IMG/VR virus record: IMGVR_UViG_2667527818_000004
DNA from: a virus
Taxonomy: Duplodnaviria; Heunggongvirae; Uroviricota; Caudoviricetes
Strand: one strand, 5' to 3'
DNA: 4,703 bases
In this document: positions 1 through 4,703 of the stretch, piece by piece
How positions within the stretch are numbered: the first letter of the stretch is position 1
Layout: each line of letters starts with the position of its first letter
Position numbers and translations under genes: made by a program
The notes under the pieces: generated by a model
What the model was told of the DNA's origin: nothing
Databases searched by the model: none
The model's input: only the letters and a program-made list of their open reading frames with translations

Positions 1-6
1 TAAGAC

Positions 7-26
7 TATCACTTATTTAAGTGATA
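7..26. promoter_or_regulatory. Dyad-symmetric candidate operator upstream of the first plus-strand gene
   Basis: Perfect 9-bp inverted repeat TATCACTTA (7-15) / TAAGTGATA (18-26) with a 2-bp spacer. Nearby are a weak -35-like TTGTCT (31-36) and an SD-like GGGAGG (66-71). Upstream context is cut off by the window edge, and the site could instead lie inside coding sequence if the 616-aa gene starts upstream. Confidence 0.3.
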
Positions 27-70
27 TTGGTTGTCTGGAGATTCAGGGGGCCAGTCTATTAGCGTGGGAG

Positions 71-1921
71 GTGCTCCTCTTCTTGGTACTGATGGCACTC
101 CAGTTAATGGCCAAAGCAGCTGATAATGCAGACTGGAAGGCCCGCTGGGGTAGCGTCCATCACACAGACCGTACGTTGTTAGCACATTATCGCGCGTCGT
201 TGAAAAGCGCCATTCAGCGCAAGGCTAATATCACTCAAGCCATCTCCCGCTATGAGAAATTATTGAACCGTACTCAGAAGGCCGCGACGGATATCAAACG
301 CCTGCGCCCGCTGGTGGAGGATGCAATAAATAAAGGCATTCTGGATGTTGATCCTGATCTGGTTAACCATGCGAATGAGTTCCTTGTTATCGGCGATCGC
401 TCATGGCGTGTAGGCCAATACTACGATTGTGCCGGTGATATCGTTCGCATTAAGTCGCTGGACTTCGACAGCCAGCGCGCAGACGTGGAGATCATCTTTA
501 CCTTCAAAGGTACCAAATCGGGTAACTGGGATGTGAAGACGCTGGATAAACAGGTTGATGTAATTCCCGATGAAGATGCTGTTATGCAGAAAATCAGTGG
601 TGGCGTCTCCATCGCCGGGATTAACGACATCATTTCCTGTGACGATTTCTACCGTTTCCAGCAGCGCGGCATGATCAAAATCACTGACTCATACGGCGTT
701 CAGACTACAGAGTCAGGCTATAGCATCGATTTTGTTGGTACCTATACGGACCCACTGAAGCATGCGGTTTACCCGGATCGCCGTGACGGCGCGCTGAAGT
801 CGTCAATTGCAAAATGGGTGCTTGGTATGATGTCGGAAGGGAATAACCGCCAGATCCGTTCGGCAGAAACATTCCTGGTTGAACTGTTTGGCTCCAATTA
901 TGGCGATGTAATCGCGTCATACGGAGATACGCTATCCCCTGAAGCAATTCAGGAGAAAATAGCGGATGCGATCGCCAGAATGCCGGAAAAAACAAGCCAG
1001 GGGGCTACTCGTAACGGGGATTCTGAACTTGAAGTCACCAATGCCATTTTCGGTACCAATGAGTTCCGGGCGTCAGATTATGAGATCACCACAGCACAGT
1101 TTGGCACCATTGGCATTTACAGCAATAAAGACGAGATCAAACAGTCAATGGACGCTGCAAGCGCGCGCATTGCAGCAGAACGCAAAGCCAATCTGAATCA
1201 TGCAGTTTCCGCGCTGACTCAATCGTGGGTAACAGCAATCAGGGAGGCCGCCACCACAGGAAAAATCACACCGGCAATTGCGGATGTCGTAAACGACGGC
1301 TCTAAATTTATGGATGCCTATAAAATGGATGCGGTGCAGTTGCCATCAGCCTATGGTCAACTCAGCTATCGCATGACCTACAACCTGGTATCAATGTTTT
1401 CCGACCTTGCCATCCTTGGGCTGGTGGATCTTAACGAGGTTACGCCGGAATTGCTCAGCATGCGCAAGAATCATGTGGAGATATTGCAGAGAATTAACAC
1501 GGTTCTTGCCGGGCGCACCGATGAAGAGAAACAGGCCGACGCTGATCGGATAAACCTGGCCCTTGGCAACATCACGGAGGAAGAGATTGCCGCCAGAAAC
1601 GAGAAACAAGAAGAGTTATCATCAATACAGGGTGATGCCACCAGCATAGCTCAGTCTCTTGGTCTGAATTATCGCGTATCCACCGCCGACCTGAAGATGA
1701 TGTTCGCACCAAAATTCGCCGCTGGCGAGGTATTTGGGCTTCAGGAAGCCTCAGGCATGAAAGGCGTTCTTTTCCGTGCGAAAGACGCAATCAAGGCGAA
1801 ATTCGGCGCTCGCTGGCTGCCAGCGAAGGCGAAGAACAGCGATTTCCCGGGTAACTGGTGGATTATCGAGACAAAACACAACGTGGCGGACGTTCTGGCC
1901 GTCATCCAACAATACGCATAA
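71..1921 (+). CDS. Hypothetical protein, 616 aa, function unknown; first gene of a probable three-gene plus-strand operon
   Basis: Long uninterrupted ORF ending at TAA 1919-1921, about 50-52% GC. The frame is open back to the window edge (no stop in positions 2-70), so the true start is ambiguous: GTG 71 overlaps an SD-like GGGAGG (66-71), and TTG 83 or ATG 89 are alternatives, or the gene may begin upstream of the window. No Walker A (P-loop) motif found by eye. Hydrophobic N-terminal segment LLFLVLMALQLMA. Confidence 0.7.
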   Translation: MLLFLVLMALQLMAKAADNADWKARWGSVHHTDRTLLAHYRASLKSAIQRKANITQAISRYEKLLNRTQKAATDIKRLRPLVEDAINKGILDVDPDLVNHANEFLVIGDRSWRVGQYYDCAGDIVRIKSLDFDSQRADVEIIFTFKGTKSGNWDVKTLDKQVDVIPDEDAVMQKISGGVSIAGINDIISCDDFYRFQQRGMIKITDSYGVQTTESGYSIDFVGTYTDPLKHAVYPDRRDGALKSSIAKWVLGMMSEGNNRQIRSAETFLVELFGSNYGDVIASYGDTLSPEAIQEKIADAIARMPEKTSQGATRNGDSELEVTNAIFGTNEFRASDYEITTAQFGTIGIYSNKDEIKQSMDAASARIAAERKANLNHAVSALTQSWVTAIREAATTGKITPAIADVVNDGSKFMDAYKMDAVQLPSAYGQLSYRMTYNLVSMFSDLAILGLVDLNEVTPELLSMRKNHVEILQRINTVLAGRTDEEKQADADRINLALGNITEEEIAARNEKQEELSSIQGDATSIAQSLGLNYRVSTADLKMMFAPKFAAGEVFGLQEASGMKGVLFRAKDAIKAKFGARWLPAKAKNSDFPGNWWIIETKHNVADVLAVIQQYA

Positions 1922-1927
1922 CAGGAG

Positions 1928-1945
1928 CGCCCGGTTCGCCGGGCG
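1928..1945 (+). promoter_or_regulatory. Intercistronic GC-rich RNA hairpin with UUCG tetraloop between the 616-aa and 146-aa genes
   Basis: cgcccgg (1928-1934) pairs with ccgggcg (1939-1945), giving 7 G:C pairs around the loop ttcg (1935-1938), plus a possible G1927:U1946 wobble. AGGAG (1923-1927) lies immediately 5' of the stem and the ATG (1955) 9 nt 3' of it. No U-tract follows, so it is not a classic intrinsic terminator. Confidence 0.4.
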
Positions 1946-1954
1946 TCGCATAAT

Positions 1955-2395
1955 ATGGCCACACTATCTGATACAATAAAACCGAATAAAACATATCTTG
2001 AGGCGGTACTCCGTACAGCGTTGTTAGGAAAGACAGAAGACGAATACGTTGATTTCTTCCTGTCAGGGCTACGCGGGCGATTACTGAAAAATCCCCGCCT
2101 GTACCGCAGCTATGGTCCATACTGGTCGGAAATTAAAAAATTATTACTGGAGCGCGGTTATGGTAATTTCGGTCGTCTCGTTGACCGTGACGTTCGCAAA
2201 ATTTACCGTTATGACCGCCCGGCGCTAACACTCATAGCCGCGACGCTCTACAGCCAGGAGCGTTTTGATAATGGTCAGATATACTCAGCCTGGCATTTAC
2301 TGCCAGTGCCTGAAGAGGTTGACGACCAGGACTATGAGTTTGAGTCTTACGATTTGGAAGTTGAAGCCTTGGCACAGGCTGGAGAGAAAACTTGA
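1955..2395 (+). CDS. Hypothetical protein, 146 aa, with acidic C-terminal tail; function unknown
   Basis: ATG at 1955 lies 33 nt after the upstream stop. The ORF has the same GC content as, and sits in tandem with, the 616-aa gene. The C-terminus is rich in D/E (EEVDDQDYEFESYDLEVE). Stop TGA 2393-2395 overlaps the start of the next ORF. No canonical SD directly upstream; an AGGAG at 1923-1927 is separated from the ATG by a hairpin. Confidence 0.6.
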   Translation: MATLSDTIKPNKTYLEAVLRTALLGKTEDEYVDFFLSGLRGRLLKNPRLYRSYGPYWSEIKKLLLERGYGNFGRLVDRDVRKIYRYDRPALTLIAATLYSQERFDNGQIYSAWHLLPVPEEVDDQDYEFESYDLEVEALAQAGEKT

Positions 2396-2640
2396 AAAAG
2401 CGATACTACACAGTAAAGCATGGGACGCTACGAGCATTACAAGAGTTTGCTGACAAGCATAACGTTGAGGTGCGCAGGGAAGGGGGAAGTAAAGCTCTGC
2501 GCATGTACCGTCCGGACGGAAAATGGCGGACGGTCGTCGATTTCAAAACTAACAGCGTTCCCCAGGGCGTCCGCGACCGGGCATTCGAGGAATGGGAGCA
2601 GATCATCATAGATAACGCATTGCTCCTGAATGCTGATTAA
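2392..2640 (+). CDS. Hypothetical small basic protein, 82 aa (TTG start); weak motif-level resemblance to HicA/YcfA-like small RNA-binding proteins, unverified
   Basis: TTG 2392-2394 overlaps the TGA stop of the upstream ORF (TTGA), suggesting translational coupling. SD-like GGAGAG at 2381-2386 sits 5 nt upstream of the TTG. Stop TAA 2638-2640 is followed 5 nt later by a hairpin. The alternative first in-frame ATG (about 2500) would give only 46 aa. The HicA-like resemblance (GGSKAL...RPDGKWRTVV...VPQGV) is recalled from memory and lacks the usual His residues. Confidence 0.5.
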   Translation: MKKRYYTVKHGTLRALQEFADKHNVEVRREGGSKALRMYRPDGKWRTVVDFKTNSVPQGVRDRAFEEWEQIIIDNALLLNAD

Positions 2641-2644
2641 GAAC

Positions 2645-2673
2645 TCTCCGGCCTAGGGAGATTAGGCCGGAGA
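2645..2673. terminator. Probable bidirectional transcription terminator hairpin between convergent operons
   Basis: Perfect 11-bp inverted repeat tctccggccta (2645-2655) / taggccggaga (2663-2673) with a 7-nt loop gggagat. It lies 5 nt after the plus-strand stop (2640) and 8 nt before the minus-strand gene end (2682). There is no clean U-tract on the plus strand; the minus-strand transcript would continue as GUUCUUAAUC (partial U-tract). Confidence 0.5.
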
Positions 2674-2681
2674 TAAATATA

Positions 2682-3986
2682 CTATATAAACTTAGATATA
2701 ATATCGTGAATCTGTTGTAGCGGGATTTCTTCCATCTTACTCTTAATAAGAGAGCGGTTAGATGCTGTCAGTGAAGGCCATTTTGTTTTCCAGGCTAGAT
2801 ATGCTCGCCATGAGTAGCCTGTTTCGTAAGGTTTATTCATATAAGTCATTGAGTGTTCAACCGCATGTATGTATTTTTTCTCAAAGTTGGTTCCTTTTAC
2901 TTCAAATAAACTACCGAAATAAATAAGCCATTTTGCCAGGTGTTCATACTGCTCCCATGCGCTAGACTCTTTAGTAAGATCTATTTTTTTATCTATTATA
3001 TCACAAAAAACATTTAATACCTTTTCATCATTCCAGCTATATCCAGATGATGAAATGGAGGAAATGATATGATAAAAAGAATCCTCTAACTTCAAGAACT
3101 CTATTTTATACTCTCTTCCGTTTTTTATTACCGATTTGATTGAGTGCCTCAATTTGTCTTTTATTTTTTTTGCTTCTGGAATTTTCTTGTTAAGTTTTCT
3201 AAAGAAATCAGACACCTCTGTTTTATCTATAACCCTAATCCCAAAGCAGGAAAAATAGTAATCTTTAATAGGTTGCAATAGTTTCCCTCGGGAAATAAGG
3301 AAAATATTGGAGGACATTACGTTGTCCCGTGAAAATACCTTATATTCATTTATAATCGCCTTGAGGTTCGCGTCACTTAGAGAATAGCCAAGAATAACAA
3401 TAGTGTTTTCATGTAGAACTGTGCTTAGTTTATTTGAAAAGTAAGAATTACCATTTATAAATCTGAAATAATCCTCGCTAGTAACAACCATATCTGATGG
3501 GGAGTCTATAGAGCCGTGAACATGGTAGACTTTAACCTCACAATTATATTTTGGAATTGGCAGGCCGGGGGTGATTGTACACGTTCGATTCTCTCCAGCC
3601 AGTTTTTCTGCTAACTTGTCATAATTTGTCGTAATTACTTTAAATGTGTTTTCTTTGAAAAAGTCTTGAATATATTCAATTGATGGATCAAGTTCGATTG
3701 AGGCTATGATTTTCTCAATCTCCTGGTAAATATTTTTCCCCGAAAGTATAAATTTTAGTGCAATAACCTGAGCAGCCTCTTCAAGGCTAAGGTCTTTTGC
3801 TTTTCCATCAGGAAATAATTCCTCTTTGAGTGAGTCACCATCCTTCAATAAACCGCACAGTTGCTCCAATAAAGATTGCCAACTTGGGGCTTTATCATCA
3901 GAAACAGCCTTTGAAAATCCAGTGCCTGTAAGAAAGCACAGCCTATGTGTAGCTGCTGCATAGGCAATTTCTATATACTCGCTCAT
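2682..3986 (-). CDS. SIR2-like (sirtuin/DHS-like NAD-binding) domain protein, 434 aa; ThsA-type SIR2 N-terminal domain plus an uncharacterised C-terminal domain; candidate NADase anti-phage effector
   Basis: ATG at 3986-3984 (minus) is preceded by GGAG (plus 3993-3996) with a 6-nt spacer. Stop TAG at 2684-2682. Motifs read from the translation: FLTGTGFS (residues 18-25, glycine-rich NAD-binding loop), VITTNYDKL (residues 117-125, N121) and VYHVHGSID (residues 153-161, H155/H157), followed by IVILGYSLSDANL. These match the order and spacing of SIR2_2-type defence sirtuins as I recall them for ThsA. The gene is about 30% GC against about 50% in the flanks. Confidence 0.8.
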   Translation of the reverse strand: MSEYIEIAYAAATHRLCFLTGTGFSKAVSDDKAPSWQSLLEQLCGLLKDGDSLKEELFPDGKAKDLSLEEAAQVIALKFILSGKNIYQEIEKIIASIELDPSIEYIQDFFKENTFKVITTNYDKLAEKLAGENRTCTITPGLPIPKYNCEVKVYHVHGSIDSPSDMVVTSEDYFRFINGNSYFSNKLSTVLHENTIVILGYSLSDANLKAIINEYKVFSRDNVMSSNIFLISRGKLLQPIKDYYFSCFGIRVIDKTEVSDFFRKLNKKIPEAKKIKDKLRHSIKSVIKNGREYKIEFLKLEDSFYHIISSISSSGYSWNDEKVLNVFCDIIDKKIDLTKESSAWEQYEHLAKWLIYFGSLFEVKGTNFEKKYIHAVEHSMTYMNKPYETGYSWRAYLAWKTKWPSLTASNRSLIKSKMEEIPLQQIHDIISKFI

Positions 3987-4042
3987 TACTTACTCCATTT
4001 ACTTATAGTTCTACGGAGAAGTATACCCTAATGCATTGACGT

Positions 4043-4684
4043 TTATAGATAATTTCCTTTTCCTGTTAATACTCCCTTAGGCACCTGTTTTTGTGCCAGC
4101 GTTTGGGTTCCGCGAATTATGTTAATCAGAGGGCTTAGTAACGATGGTTCCTGGCGTGCCTCAACTTCTCCAGCCATTGCCCTGATGTAGTCTGCGCTGG
4201 CAACGTTGTTGTATTCCGTCGCAAAGCAACATAGTAACGTCAGAACATGCTCTGTCGTTATTTCGCTCCAGTTGATGTTGAAAAATTCATCGCCTTTTTT
4301 GTCGTGTTCGGAATCGAAGATGCTTTGGTGGAGGATGTATTTGCCGGATTCTTTGCGCGGTAACTTGATCGCTTTCTGGCGTTCCAATTCCTTGTAAATC
4401 TGCATTGCTTCAATCAGTACCGGCCTGCCGTTCATAAAGGGATCTCGCAACCTTACACGCTGGCCAACTCGACCAGTAATAAAGCTGTTTTCCTCTTCCA
4501 CCAGCACGATAAAACCCTTTTCCTCTTTTTCTCGCAATTCGCGCAGCAGCTGGAGTTCCATGTCGCGGCGGCGTTCAGGGTAGCTGGTCCGCTCAGCCAT
4601 TATCAGCTCATTGTTGATCCATGCAGCAGTCATTGACGCCGGTTTGCCGACGCTCATTGAAACAACGCATATTTTCTTATCCAT
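4043..4684 (-). CDS. Hypothetical protein, about 214-217 aa, function unknown; encoded immediately upstream of and co-oriented with the SIR2-like gene
   Basis: ORF on the minus strand with stop TAA (plus 4043-4045). Likely ATG start at 4684-4682 giving MDKKICVV...; the ORF track's TTG at 4696 is an alternative, and the frame stays open to the window edge at 4703, so a 5' extension cannot be excluded. About 49% GC. Predicted beta-alpha-beta N-terminus (KICVVSMSV ... GFIVLVEEE). No P-loop, and no TIR or HEPN motif that I can support. Confidence 0.65.
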   Translation of the reverse strand: MDKKICVVSMSVGKPASMTAAWINNELIMAERTSYPERRRDMELQLLRELREKEEKGFIVLVEEENSFITGRVGQRVRLRDPFMNGRPVLIEAMQIYKELERQKAIKLPRKESGKYILHQSIFDSEHDKKGDEFFNINWSEITTEHVLTLLCCFATEYNNVASADYIRAMAGEVEARQEPSLLSPLINIIRGTQTLAQKQVPKGVLTGKGNYL

Positions 4685-4703
4685 AGCGCCCCACAAAAAA
4701 GAA

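Noticed and set aside
421-2120. Small ORFs of 66-96 aa nested in other frames or on the opposite strand within the 616-aa gene and its junction (421-633, 705-995, 966-1196, 1391-1609, 1572-1790, 1741-1962, 1751-1951, 1776-1979, 1902-2120)
   Set aside because: All are fully overlapped by the long, compositionally coherent 616-aa and 146-aa ORFs, have no SD or start context, and have the arbitrary Arg/Ser/Pro-rich composition typical of shadow ORFs in roughly 50% GC DNA.
2265-2611. ORFs 2265-2453 (+), 2406-2609 (-) and 2420-2611 (+) overlapping the 146-aa and 82-aa genes
   Set aside because: Alternative-frame or antisense overlaps of the coupled 146/82-aa genes with no independent support; treated as spurious.
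2984-3171. Homopolymer tracts inside the SIR2 gene (T7 at 2984-2990, T8 at 3164-3171) as possible slipped-strand phase-variation switches
   Set aside because: They correspond to AAA/AAG lysine codons in Lys-rich segments (KKIDL, KKIKDK) of a very AT-rich gene. Such runs are expected from composition alone and there is no evidence of frame disruption.
71-3986. SIR2-HerA system, with the 616-aa protein as a HerA-like ATPase
   Set aside because: The 616-aa protein has no Walker A or B motifs by inspection and is convergently transcribed from a separate operon.
4206-4397. 63-aa plus-strand ORF inside the 217-aa minus-strand gene
   Set aside because: Antisense shadow ORF with no RBS; the minus-strand ORF is longer and co-oriented with the SIR2 gene.
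2682-4696. Calling the locus a canonical Thoeris (ThsA/ThsB) system
   Set aside because: No TIR-domain gene is visible and the SIR2 protein's C-terminus lacks SLOG-like glycine-rich motifs. Only the SIR2 domain resembles ThsA, so the canonical call is not supported by what is in the window.
4043-4696. Identifying the 217-aa protein as P4 Psu or another P4/P2 backbone protein, which would place the cassette in a known satellite-phage defence hotspot
   Set aside because: I cannot match the sequence to any P4 or P2 protein from memory and no integrase, cos site or att site is visible, so the mobile-element context remains unassigned.
1-4703. CRISPR arrays, tRNA or rRNA genes, insertion sequences
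   Set aside because: No regularly spaced direct repeats, no tRNA-like cloverleaf candidates, and no transposase-like ORF or terminal inverted repeats were seen on either strand.

Overview
The window holds two convergent gene blocks separated by a strong GC-rich hairpin at 2645-2673. The plus-strand block (about 50% GC) is a probable three-gene operon: a 616-aa protein of unknown function (71-1921), a 146-aa acidic protein (1955-2395) and an 82-aa basic protein (2392-2640) whose TTG start overlaps the preceding stop. The minus-strand block is a 217-aa unknown protein (4043-4684/4696, about 49% GC) followed 56 nt later by a 434-aa gene (2682-3986) that is sharply AT-rich (about 30% GC). That gene's N-terminal half carries the hallmark motifs of a defence-type SIR2 (sirtuin-like NADase) domain, as in Thoeris ThsA: a glycine-rich FLTGTGFS loop, TTNYD and VYHVHGS. 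Its C-terminal ~180 aa is not recognisable as the SLOG domain of canonical ThsA, and no TIR (ThsB), HerA or Argonaute partner is visible. My main hypothesis is that this low-GC cassette is a horizontally acquired, uncharacterised SIR2-based NAD+-depletion anti-phage module, possibly working with the upstream 217-aa gene. I could not assign the 616-, 146- or 217-aa proteins to any family from sequence alone. No rRNA, tRNA, CRISPR array or transposase was seen. All calls are from reading the sequence; no database search was run.
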